A DNA stretch of 64,000 nucleotides from contig CAWBZI010000001.1 in assembly GCA_963793265.1 (NCBI GenBank), positions 64,001 through 128,000 of the forward strand. The letters are read 5' to 3'. Of this stretch, positions 1 to 9,436 are shown one piece after another. Positions within the stretch are counted from its first letter, which is position 1. Each line of letters begins with the position of its first letter. The stretch is from an uncultured cyanobacterium (GTDB taxonomy: Bacteria > Cyanobacteriota > Cyanobacteriia > Phormidesmidales > Phormidesmidaceae). Both the position numbers and the translations under genes were made by a program. A model generated the notes under the pieces. It was not told where the DNA came from, made no database searches, and saw only the letters and a program-made list of their open reading frames with translations.

Positions 1-1
1 A

Positions 2-2122
2 GTCAATTTCACCGAGCCAGGGTTGAAAGACGGAGGCGGTGTTGCGATCGCTCTCATAAGTCGTGGCCCCGGCCTGCGCTAGCGTCAAGGATGGCAGGTC
101 TTTGGCAAAAGCAAACACCACCAAATCATCAATCTCATACTCTAATTCAAAGGCCCTGAGTCCACCGCCATTAGGGTCAGAAGCATGGACAGTTGTACCT
201 GCTGCAATATTCTCGAAGTCATCTAAAATAATGGACTCCCAAATCTCGGCAGCGCTTTCTAAGGCGGCTTTCTTTTGACTATCGAACCAGTTGTTGATAT
301 CAAAGCGATAGTCAAATTTGATGTCGAATCCGTCTTGCTCAAGTGCTTGCCCAAGTGCCTTAACAGCAGGCGCTGCGATTGAGCTAGCTATCATTGGTTG
401 CCAGGAGCCGCTTAGATCAGCGATCGCAATTTCAGCTTCGATTTGAGTATTGTTAGCCCCGCCCATTTGCCAAACGCCGTTACGGCTAGCGGCTTCGTGA
501 CGCCAAAAGATATCAGGATCGCCGTCTTTGTTGAAGTCGGCAACGCCTTGAATCTGCCAGCCCCCAGAGATTGTTTTGAGCGTAGCGTCAGACTGATAGT
601 CCAGACCAGCTTCGCCGCCTAAGAACCAAATTGAGTTCTTTCCTGACTCGAGATCGCGCCACAGCAAATCAGCGCTGCCGTCTCGATTAAAGTCACCAAT
701 GCCGCGAATATCCCAGCCACCGCGAACGGTCTTAATCGTGCCCGTAGATTGGATGGTTGAGTCATCTTCACCGCTCATAAACCAAACGCTGTTCTCGCCC
801 GTCTCGGCATTGCGCCATAAAATATCAGTCTGGCTATCCTGATTAAAGTCAGCAACGCCTTTAATATCCCAATCCTTACTCAAGCTCTCTAGATTCTTTT
901 CTCCCTGCTTTTGGGTGCCATTCTCGCCGCCCATAAACCAAACTTTGTTCTGGCCCGTGCGCTCATTACGCCATAGCAAATCGAGCTGGCCGTCTGCATT
1001 AAAGTCGGCGGTACTCTTGATATGCCATGCGCCACCTAAAGTATCGAGAGTAGCGCGCGATCGCACCTCATTCCCCTGCACACCGCTCATCTGCCAAAGC
1101 ACGTTCTCGCCCGAGGCTCGGTTGTGCCAAAGAATCTCCGAATTTCCGGCTTCATTAGCGCTCAGACTATCTGTATTCTCATTGGCAACAGGTGGCTCAA
1201 CAACGTTGTTTTCAGTGCCAGACTCAGCAGGCGCAGCACCTGTAGGTAGCCCCCAGCCCGAAATAATAGGCTGCCAAGCGCCACTCAGATAAGGCAGTAC
1301 AGCTTCAGCTTCTATTTGAGTATTGTTGTCTCCGCCCATTTGCCAAACAACATTTTTACTTGCACTCTCAGCCCGCCAAAAGATATCAACATCGCCATCT
1401 TGATTAAAGTCGGCTACGCCATGAATCTTCCAGTCAGTCGAAACTGCCTTCAGCCGCTCATACGATTGAAACTCAAGGCCATTTTCGCCACCCATAAACC
1501 AAACCGTATTCTCACCGGTTTGCTGGTTTCGCCATAAGGTATCAGCACTGCCGTCTTGATTAAAGTCACCAACGCCTCGAATATCCCAGTCGCTGCTCAC
1601 CGTATCTATCGCATCTGTTGAGAGCACTTCGAGGCCCTGCTCTTGACCCATAAACCAGACTTCATTCTCACCGGTTACGTCATTGCGCCACAGAATATCA
1701 ACCTTATTGTCCTGATTAAAATCAGCGACGCCTCGAACATCCCAATCTTGACCCATGCTCACTAGCTCATGCGTACTCTGACGGTCTGCGCCGTTCTCGC
1801 TACCCATCAGCCAAACCGTATTCTCACCGGTTTTCTCATTGCGCCACAGCAAATCCGAGTGGCCGTCCAAGTCAAAATCAGCCGCGCTTTTGATATGCCA
1901 GTCGCCGCTGAGCGGATCGATTTCTACCCTAGCGCGGTATTGATTATCAGCCTCGCCATCTGTAAGCCAGAGCGCATTTTCACCTGAAACAGCGTTGTGC
2001 CAAAGGATATCAGGACGGCTATCACCGTCAAAATCTAGACCGTAGGAGTCTGGAGCGATCGCAGCATCTCCACCCGTTAAAACAAAGTCACTATTGTTTG
2101 AAGCTGATGATTCGCTAAGCAT
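2..2122 (-). CDS. FG-GAP/VCBS repeat protein (two blocks of 5 repeats) followed by a non-repeat domain; truncated at the window's left edge
   Basis: Hand translation from ATG 2122 (MLSESSASNN...) shows repeated W-x-I-x-G-x-(A/G)-DFN-x-DG-x-x-D-(I/L)-(L/F)-WR motifs and stays open to position 2. It is absent from the ORF track because it runs off the edge. Confidence 0.88.
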   Translation of the reverse strand, partial: MLSESSASNNSDFVLTGGDAAIAPDSYGLDFDGDSRPDILWHNAVSGENALWLTDGEADNQYRARVEIDPLSGDWHIKSAADFDLDGHSDLLWRNEKTGENTVWLMGSENGADRQSTHELVSMGQDWDVRGVADFNQDNKVDILWRNDVTGENEVWFMGQEQGLEVLSTDAIDTVSSDWDIRGVGDFNQDGSADTLWRNQQTGENTVWFMGGENGLEFQSYERLKAVSTDWKIHGVADFNQDGDVDIFWRAESASKNVVWQMGGDNNTQIEAEAVLPYLSGAWQPIISGWGLPTGAAPAESGTENNVVEPPVANENTDSLSANEAGNSEILWHNRASGENVLWQMSGVQGNEVRSRATLDTLGGAWHIKSTADFNADGQLDLLWRNERTGQNKVWFMGGENGTQKQGEKNLESLSKDWDIKGVADFNQDSQTDILWRNAETGENSVWFMSGEDDSTIQSTGTIKTVRGGWDIRGIGDFNRDGSADLLWRDLESGKNSIWFLGGEAGLDYQSDATLKTISGGWQIQGVADFNKDGDPDIFWRHEAASRNGVWQMGGANNTQIEAEIAIADLSGSWQPMIASSIAAPAVKALGQALEQDGFDIKFDYRFDINNWFDSQKKAALESAAEIWESIILDDFENIAAGTTVHASDPNGGGLRAFELEYEIDDLVVFAFAKDLPSLTLAQAGATTYESDRNTASVFQPWLGEID

Positions 2123-2621
2123 AAGAAAAGCCTCTATCCGAATTGAAGGTGAAGAAGAGAGATGACCCGTTTTGCTTGCCAGAGAAAGTGACCGACAACA
2201 GCATGGCTGTCATCGGTCAGGCACTAATAAGGTTGCAAGCTAAAAAGATAGAAAAAGAGAAAGATTGGTCGTGCAGAAAAGTTGTCGTTCTACGACGACA
2301 AAATACACAAAAATGTTTTCAACTAGATTGTTGTTTGCAGCAAAAGCTTGCTGAAAGAATAGTGCCCAGCACGCCCGAAGGAATATACAAAAAGAACACA
2401 CTGGCCCCTTGTAAATGCCTATTCCTTTATATAAGAAGCAATGTAAATCGATAAACGCAGGTGAATGCACGCAGTAAAAACGTCATTTCAATCACACTTG
2501 TTATGTCCACTGTTTTCGCTTCTCAGTATTTCCGCTAAAGCCGCGAATCAATCATGCATAAAACATACGAGAATATCTTCCCGGATACTCCATACATCAG
2601 TATTCACAAGCATTTGAGGGC

Positions 2622-3851
2622 CTATTCAGAAAGCTCGCAGCCAGTTTTTGACCAGTCGATGCGATCGCTCACCGCCTTCAAGCTCACCTGCGGCAAAACC
2701 TCTCCATCCGCCTTCCATGCGTCCAATCCCGCCTTCAGCGCCATCAAATACACATAGTCACCCTTACAGGTGCCTAAATGATCGGCATCTGAAAACAGCG
2801 ACCAGTCGTCGGCATAGCCAAGCGATCGCACATTCAAATCAATCAAAGGAAAGCCAGACGCCTGAGCTAATTTCTCAATATCAGTACTATGCAGCTCTAA
2901 ACCATACGCTTCTTGAAAGGTCAAAAAATCGCTGCGAACCGGCGGCTGAAAAAAGACTATCGTCACCTGCTTAAGCCTGGCCCACTCTGCTAGCGCCTTG
3001 TACTCATCGCTCCACGGATAGCGACCTTCAATGCTCTCTAAGCGAGTAATTTTAGGATCGTCAGCCGCAATCGGTGTTGCCTTGCTATCGCTTTTACGAG
3101 TAGTCTCAAACGCCGCCGCTCCATTTTCCTGAAGCTGCTTAAAGATATTCGACGCCGTAACCGGCATTCGCTGCTGCGTTTCGTTGAGTTTTAGCAGCGT
3201 AGAAATTTTGAACTGGTCGCGGTGCTTTTCTAAATGAATCGGAATCGTGCGCCAGAAAAAATGGCTGTCGTTGATATGAGCAGACTGCTCAGACTGCTGA
3301 TTTATAAACGTATTGATATTTTCGCCCGCCGCCGTACCTGCCATTTCTAGGCCCAGCGCGGCTAAGAAAGGCAGATACTTACGGTGATCGGGCGTCATTA
3401 CAAAGTCAGGGGCAGGCGCTTGTCGGGTCAAAAGGGAGGTTTCTACAAAAACATACTTGAGATTAGGAAACTCGCGCTTGAGAACGTCTGCTTCGATTAA
3501 ATAGCTGTAAGAAATTTCACCGTATGAGTTACCGGCTGAAACAACGGCGCTATCCCATTCAACAATCTGAGGCTTTAGCAGTTTGGTTCGAGACGTGCCC
3601 AAAAAAGCGGTGTCTACTTGCTCATGGTGGCTGTGCCGCGAAAGCTTAGCGATGTTGTAAACAGTGTAGCGGCTATCAACCTCACGATTTTCGACGGTGC
3701 TGTTAGCCAGTGCTTGAATGGTCGTTTCAGGAGTAGGCGTGTTTGAGCGCTGAAAGCTAATTTCAGGCCGATAGCGGCGAGCCAATGAATCTGCGCCGAT
3801 GACAGTGGCCCAGGTTAGCGCGATCGCAAAGGCAAACTGACGAATTTTCAT
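2622..3851 (-). CDS. Exported SGNH-hydrolase-like protein (AlgJ/DltD-like partner of an MBOAT O-acyltransferase)
   Basis: N-terminal hydrophobic segment, block I-like FLGTSR, block V-like FSDADHL; lies directly downstream of the MBOAT gene. Confidence 0.65.
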   Translation of the reverse strand: MKIRQFAFAIALTWATVIGADSLARRYRPEISFQRSNTPTPETTIQALANSTVENREVDSRYTVYNIAKLSRHSHHEQVDTAFLGTSRTKLLKPQIVEWDSAVVSAGNSYGEISYSYLIEADVLKREFPNLKYVFVETSLLTRQAPAPDFVMTPDHRKYLPFLAALGLEMAGTAAGENINTFINQQSEQSAHINDSHFFWRTIPIHLEKHRDQFKISTLLKLNETQQRMPVTASNIFKQLQENGAAAFETTRKSDSKATPIAADDPKITRLESIEGRYPWSDEYKALAEWARLKQVTIVFFQPPVRSDFLTFQEAYGLELHSTDIEKLAQASGFPLIDLNVRSLGYADDWSLFSDADHLGTCKGDYVYLMALKAGLDAWKADGEVLPQVSLKAVSDRIDWSKTGCELSE

Positions 3852-3873
3852 AAGCCTCCCAAACCTCGACCCT

Positions 3874-5260
3874 TCAAAACTGAAAGTAAATGAAATCTAC
3901 GCTATCGGTGTAATAAACAATAGAGAAGCAGAGTCAGCACGGGGAACAGAATATAGGCAGCTATCGGGCGATCGCTCACCGCCACCTCAGCCGTATACCG
4001 ATGCAATACAAACTGAGCTGGAATAAATAGCAAAACTAGCTCATAAAAACTACCGCCCAAGCTGCTCTCAAACCAACCGGCACCCGGCGTCACGACCAGG
4101 CCCACCTGCTGCCAGGCCGCCTGCACCGACGATGCCCGAAACAATATCCACGAAAGCGTCACTACCCCAAACGTCCACAGATAGCTGAGCGGCAAGAAAG
4201 TGGGTCGTTTACCCCACGCCCGCTCGGCGGCTAGTGCGCCCCCGTGCAGCAGCCCCCAAAAGAAAAACGTCCAGCTTGCCCCGTGCCAAATGCCGCCTAG
4301 CACCATCGTCAGCAATAGATTGCGATAGGTCATCACGGCCCCGCCGCGAGAGCCGCCCAGCGGAATATATAGATAGTCTTTGAGCCAGTTGCTCAGGGTA
4401 ATGTGCCAGCGTCGCCAAAAGTTTTGCAGGCTATGGGCGATGTAGGGCAGGTTGAAGTTGAACGGGATTTGATAGCCAAACAGCCGCGCTGAGCCAACGG
4501 CCATCAAGGAATAGCCGCAGAAATCGCCGTATATTTGAATGCCAAAGGCGATCGCCCCCATCAAATTGTCATAGCCGCTGTAATTACTCGGATTCTCAAA
4601 AATCACGTTGACGTAAGGCGCTATCCCATCTGCGATTCCTGATTTAAGAAAAAAGCCCGCAAGTAAGATAAATAGCCCGTTTATCAGATTGTTGAGCCGA
4701 AAAGATTGGATGCTTTTGAGCTGAGGCATTAGCTCCGAAATGCGGCAGATTGGCCCGGCAATGAGCTGTGGAAAAAAGGCGATGAACAGAATCAGGATAA
4801 GCGGATTTCGTTCGGCACAGATGCGATCGCGATACACGTCAGCCGTATAGGCAATGACTTGAAAGGTGTAAAAAGAAATACCCAGCGGCAAAATAATGTC
4901 TGGCGCTGCGGGTGAAAAGGAGAGTCCTAACAGGTTCGCACCCGCTACCAGATTGTCTAGAAAAAAATAGGCGTATTTGAAATAGGCAAGGGCAGCTAAG
5001 GAGAGCGCGATCGCCCCTACAAATACACCTTTACGAATAGGACTATGCTTACCAACGGGCGAATTTAGCCAAAGCGCAACGCCCCAGTGGAACAGCACTA
5101 TGCCTACTAGCAAAGGCACGAAAAGAGGATTCCAGGCAGCATAAAAAACCAAGCAAGCTAACAGCAGCACGCCCTGTCTAATCACGAGTATTTGAGTTGC
5201 CCAATACAGCAGAGCGGTTGCCAGCAGCAGTTCTACATATTGCCAAGAATTAAACAGCAT
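3874..5260 (-). CDS. MBOAT family O-acyltransferase (AlgI/DltB-like) with an apparent frameshift near the 3' end
   Basis: Motifs LPLGISFYTFQ, FFPQLIAGPI, FWRRWHITLS, GIWHGASWTF. The ORF stops at 3902, but the family C-terminus DFIYFQF* lies in a shifted frame ending at 3874. Confidence 0.9.
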
Positions 5261-5268
5261 CTAGACAC

Positions 5269-6501
5269 TCATACCAGGGCCAAAAGCTCCTTGACCTGAG
5301 CTTCTAACACATCCAAACTAAACGCCTGCGTGCAGTAAGCCTGACCGCTAGCGACCAAAGAGCGCCGTAGCGACTCATCATCCAAAAGCTGCCGAATTTT
5401 ATCAGCCCATTCGCCCGGCTTTGCCCGCACAATTTGCTCATCGGGTGCAAACTGCTCATACACATAGCCATCGCTCGCAATCGTCGGGATCCCACAGGTC
5501 GTATATTCAACGTACTTAGTAGGCGCTTTACAGCGATTAAACTCGGTGTCTTTTAGCGGGGCAAGGCCGATGTCCCAGTTGAGCTGATGGAGATGATTTA
5601 AGAAGCCCACGTAGTCAGTATTCGTTTTATAAGATTTAACGCGATCCGTAAATGACTGCAGCGCAGCAGGCATTGCGATGGTGCCAAAAGTTTCAAAGCG
5701 CAAGTCGGGGCGATCGCTCATTACCTGTGCAATCTCATCGGCAATCAAATCTAAATCAACTTGATGTCCTTTAGACCCCATATAGCCAACTGTAGGCGCT
5801 GCATTGGGCGGTCTAGAGCGACTGTCATCTTCTAACAGAAAGTCTAGATACGGCGCGTACATGCCGTAAAACACCTGCTGCTGAGGGAACTGCTCAGAGA
5901 AGCGATCGCCCAAAAAAGCGGTAGAAGCATAAATCAGATCCGTCTGCTCAAGCAAAACTCGTCTCGCCGCCTGCACCGCCGGATCGCCCTGCCGCTTTTG
6001 AATTTCCGCACCCAAATCCGCATTAAGATTTAGCAGGTCATCATCGATATGGCACACCGTCGCAATCTTTTGCTGCTTAAAGAGCCCTGGCAGCACGTCC
6101 CCATGCGGCACACCATACCGACTAAAAATCACCACCGTAGGCTGCACATCCTCAACCACCTGCTGCACAAAATCTTCAGGCGTTTTTTCCTTCGTCCACT
6201 GCTCAACCTCAGCGCTATCAATCACAAAAAACGCCAGACTCTCCGTTTCATACACTCGTTGCAGCACGTAATGAAAGCTCAAAAAGTAGGTCGCTCGCAC
6301 GTTGTCTACCAAAATTAAAATGCGAGGCCGCTTAAACGGCGACTGAAACGCATAAGCATAGCGAGGTGAATTTGGCCCTGGGTCGAACGTTTCTACCCCC
6401 GAAGCCGCGCCTAATGGCGGTTGGTTTCGCTTAAAAAGAGACTTAAATGAATTCATAATGTAGATGCGAGCATTTTCATATGCTCTCCTAAATATCGACA
6501 C
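5269..6501 (-). CDS. GT-B glycosyltransferase (family 1/4-like)
   Basis: HIDDDL, DIGLAPL..TEFNRCKAPTKYVEY..CGIPTIAS motifs. Confidence 0.8.
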   Translation of the reverse strand: MSIFRRAYENARIYIMNSFKSLFKRNQPPLGAASGVETFDPGPNSPRYAYAFQSPFKRPRILILVDNVRATYFLSFHYVLQRVYETESLAFFVIDSAEVEQWTKEKTPEDFVQQVVEDVQPTVVIFSRYGVPHGDVLPGLFKQQKIATVCHIDDDLLNLNADLGAEIQKRQGDPAVQAARRVLLEQTDLIYASTAFLGDRFSEQFPQQQVFYGMYAPYLDFLLEDDSRSRPPNAAPTVGYMGSKGHQVDLDLIADEIAQVMSDRPDLRFETFGTIAMPAALQSFTDRVKSYKTNTDYVGFLNHLHQLNWDIGLAPLKDTEFNRCKAPTKYVEYTTCGIPTIASDGYVYEQFAPDEQIVRAKPGEWADKIRQLLDDESLRRSLVASGQAYCTQAFSLDVLEAQVKELLALV

Positions 6502-6548
6502 CCTAATATCAGCGTCTAAGCTGCGGTTATCTTAGCGGCATCTGAGCC

Positions 6549-7673
6549 CTATTCACCAACTGCTACGTTTGCTTCACACCAGGCCGCCAGCTTAGCCAGT
6601 CCCGACTCCAGGCTTACCTGTGGCTGCCAGCCCAATAGCTGATGCGCCTTCTGAATATCGGCCACCGCATGGCGAATATCGCCCGCTCTAAAGTCACCTG
6701 TGATCTTATAGGCGTTCGTTGGTTTCTCATAGAGCTTGAGTAGCAGCCTCGCCGTTTCTAGAATGGTGACGGGCCTACCGCTACCGATATTGATAATGCT
6801 GCCGTGTGGCACATCGGCTTTGCAGGCGAGCACCAGCGCATTCACCACGTCATCAATAAATACAAAGTCGCGGCCAATCTGACCGTCTTCATATATGTTG
6901 AGGGTTTTGCCTGAGAGAATTTGTCCTGAGAAGATCGACAGCACACCTGTGTAAGGGTTCTTGAGCGACTGACCGGGGCCGTAGACGTTTTGAAAGCGAA
7001 ATAAGGTGGCGCTCCAGCCTGCACCCGCGCCTGCTTGCGCGACCAAATGCTCCTGCATCAGCTTGGTAGAGGCGTAAATAGAAGACGGCGCAGGCGGAAT
7101 GGATTCACAGGTCGGTACGGCAGTTAGCTTTTTGCCAGGCACTAAGGGCTCGAATATGCCAGCCTGCATGTCTTCGATTTTGCGCGGCGGTGGCACGACG
7201 GTTTGACGATGGTGAGCGTCCCAGTAAGCGCCCTCACCGTATACCGCGCGCGAAGACATCAGAATGAAGCGCTTGAGCGGGATCTGGGTTTGCGCGATCG
7301 CCTCTAACAAAATCGCCGTGCCCATCACGTTCACATGGCAATACCGATAGATCTCGTCCATCGACTGTCCTGTACCCGTTTCAGCCGCCATGTGAATGAT
7401 GATTGTGGGTAGCGCCGTGCTAAGAAGCTGAGTGAGGAGGGGGCGATCGCTCACATCTCCTTTTACAAACGTCACCCCATCGGGAAAATCAGGCGGCTGC
7501 GGGCGATCGCCATGCACTTGCGGATGCAGGCTATCAAGCACCCAAATTTTCACTGCCTCTGAGCTGTTCTGTGGGCTATTCTGCGGGCCAGCAGCATCCA
7601 ACATTAGCTGCCGAACCGTACGACTCCCAATGAATCCGGCCCCACCCGTAATCAAAATCCGCTGCTCACTCAT
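6549..7673 (-). CDS. NAD-dependent epimerase/dehydratase
   Basis: ILITGGAGFIGS, YASTK, FQNVYGPGQS, RDFVFIDDVV; ATG at 7673 preferred. Confidence 0.92.
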   Translation of the reverse strand: MSEQRILITGGAGFIGSRTVRQLMLDAAGPQNSPQNSSEAVKIWVLDSLHPQVHGDRPQPPDFPDGVTFVKGDVSDRPLLTQLLSTALPTIIIHMAAETGTGQSMDEIYRYCHVNVMGTAILLEAIAQTQIPLKRFILMSSRAVYGEGAYWDAHHRQTVVPPPRKIEDMQAGIFEPLVPGKKLTAVPTCESIPPAPSSIYASTKLMQEHLVAQAGAGAGWSATLFRFQNVYGPGQSLKNPYTGVLSIFSGQILSGKTLNIYEDGQIGRDFVFIDDVVNALVLACKADVPHGSIINIGSGRPVTILETARLLLKLYEKPTNAYKITGDFRAGDIRHAVADIQKAHQLLGWQPQVSLESGLAKLAAWCEANVAVGE

Positions 7674-7699
7674 ACTCTTCACCGCCGCACTGAAGCTTT

Positions 7700-8629
7700 C
7701 TATGATACGGCTTCGACGGCCTGACGTTCTTTGATGGCATTCTTACGAATTTTCTTCTGACGATAGACTTCCTTATGCGGTTTAAAGGGCTTGTCTATCA
7801 GACGCAACAGCTTTTGAAACTGAGGTTTTAGCGGCCCAGGCATGAGATGGCCCAGGCGCAAATCTAGCAGCAGGGACGGGCGGAAATGACCCAGTTCGAT
7901 TTCTTCTTTAAGCTGCGATCGCCTCAAAGATCTATCTTTCAGCATCAGCCGCACTTCAGCGAGCCACAGATCACCATACTGATTTTGCGCATACACCCAG
8001 GGCTGCGTCGCCATATCCGTATAGTGAATCAGCGACGTTTTACCCGCCTCATAGTGCTCCATGCTATTCCAACAGAAAGGCACCGCGTACTTAATATCCT
8101 GCTCCTCTAAAATGCACAGGTCATACATCAGCTTTTCGTAGTCGTAGCGGCCCTTATCAAAGCCGTCTATGATGTCGTCAATTTTCCAGGAGAGGCGATC
8201 GCAATCCAGCAGCATCACCGCGCACTGCTTCACTCGCTTTGCCGGAGCCCCCACCTTTTGGTTCGTCTGCTGGTGCTCCTCTGGTAGGTCTTCTTGAATA
8301 ATCACCTTTGCCGGGCCGTCAGCCGAGCCGTCATCGTGGTCAAAAGACACCTGCCACAGCGCCGCAATATCTGTAAACACCAGCATATCAGCATCTAAAT
8401 ACAGCGCCTTCCCCTGGTAGCCTGCTAGCTCAGGAATACAAAAGCGACTGAACGAAAACCCTGTTCGCTGCCAGTTCAGCGGGTCTACCGGCACCCGCAC
8501 TGGCAAATCCACCATCGCCTGCACGTCCACTGGCAGCTTAGTATGGCGCTTAATCGAATGCTCTAGCACCTTTACCGCAATCAGTTGAGAGCGATCTGCA
8601 CCCACAAAAACCCTAACTGGCTCACTCAT
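7700..8629 (-). CDS. GT-A glycosyltransferase (GT8-like)
   Basis: TGFSFSRF, ALYLDADM (DxD), LIHYTDM..QPW. ATG 8629 avoids overlap with the PIN gene. Confidence 0.8.
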   Translation of the reverse strand: MSEPVRVFVGADRSQLIAVKVLEHSIKRHTKLPVDVQAMVDLPVRVPVDPLNWQRTGFSFSRFCIPELAGYQGKALYLDADMLVFTDIAALWQVSFDHDDGSADGPAKVIIQEDLPEEHQQTNQKVGAPAKRVKQCAVMLLDCDRLSWKIDDIIDGFDKGRYDYEKLMYDLCILEEQDIKYAVPFCWNSMEHYEAGKTSLIHYTDMATQPWVYAQNQYGDLWLAEVRLMLKDRSLRRSQLKEEIELGHFRPSLLLDLRLGHLMPGPLKPQFQKLLRLIDKPFKPHKEVYRQKKIRKNAIKERQAVEAVS

Positions 8630-8636
8630 CTCAAAC

Positions 8637-9059
8637 TTACCTCGACGCTGGATAGAATACTCTCTCGAACGCCTGACTCCTGTAACGTCGATAAATATCA
8701 AAATCTTTATCTAGAGTCGCTATTCTTGAAATATCCAGGCGTTCAGAAATAACGACTAGCGATAAATCTGCAAAGTCTGCTGGCAAATCAGAATATTGAG
8801 TATTCAATTCAGCCATCCTCACAAAATCATTAGCTTGCATTGGCTCGCAATCGTAAACCCGCCCGTGCAAATGATGCAAAAATTCATTCTGGGCACGGCG
8901 GTCAGGTTCTAGTAGCCACATAACTTCAGTGACGCATCCCAGCGTCGTGATGAGCTGACCTCTACAGTTGCTCAAAAACTCAATCACTTGATCATGATGA
9001 AAGTCTGCTCTATCATACAGGGCAACCAAAATCCCTGTGTCTATTAACGTAACTAGCAA
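8637..9059 (-). CDS. vapC: PIN-domain VapC-family toxin
   Basis: LIDTGILVAL, TEVMWLL, DFADLSLV, IATLDKDF acidic PIN residues; 140 aa. Confidence 0.88.
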   Translation of the reverse strand: MLVTLIDTGILVALYDRADFHHDQVIEFLSNCRGQLITTLGCVTEVMWLLEPDRRAQNEFLHHLHGRVYDCEPMQANDFVRMAELNTQYSDLPADFADLSLVVISERLDISRIATLDKDFDIYRRYRSQAFERVFYPASR

Positions 9060-9061
9060 CG

Positions 9062-9373
9062 TTAAGACTCTGATTTGTGCTTTTGCTGTAACCGGTTTGA
9101 GATAAGAGCACGCCTTCGATCTCTGTCTGATAGACCGCCGACAGAAATCGTGTGTTTAGGTTCGCCACCCATACGTTCCAGCACGGTTTTAGAAAAGTCT
9201 GGTTCCGACGCTTCGGATGATTGCGCTTTCGGCAACGCCTCTAGCATTTGTAGAATGTTGGGAATTTCTAGCTGCCTCTGCTGTAATTCTTTTAGCAAGG
9301 AAGCGAGCTGACTGATTTCTTCGTCAGGCGACTGACGGATCTTTTCAATTAGCTCCTCTTTGAGCGATACCAC
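9062..9373 (-). CDS. Putative antitoxin of the adjacent VapC
   Basis: Small ORF ending 2 nt before vapC, with an AAGGAG RBS upstream of the GTG. Confidence 0.65.
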   Translation of the reverse strand: MVSLKEELIEKIRQSPDEEISQLASLLKELQQRQLEIPNILQMLEALPKAQSSEASEPDFSKTVLERMGGEPKHTISVGGLSDRDRRRALISNRLQQKHKSES

Positions 9374-9383
9374 GTTATCTCCT

Positions 9384-9433
9384 TAGCCGCAAAGGCTATT
9401 TCTGTATATGCCGCTAGCAAAAACGGTTTTGCT
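9384..9433 (-). promoter_or_regulatory. Putative TA promoter/operator
   Basis: Minus strand TTGCTA-16nt-TAGCCT; inverted repeats TAGCC/GGCTA (9384-9398) and AGCAAAA/TTTTGCT (9416-9433). Confidence 0.35.
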
Positions 9434-9436
9434 TTA

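Noticed and set aside
63..1987. Plus-strand ORFs at 63, 915, 1316 and 1769 with repeated NRILTG-like motifs
   Set aside because: They are antisense shadows of the minus-strand FG-GAP repeats.
2143..2757. Short ORFs 2143-2454, 2240-2470 and 2554-2757
   Set aside because: They lie in AT-rich intergenic or overlapping sequence with no motifs; most likely the promoter region of the FG-GAP gene.
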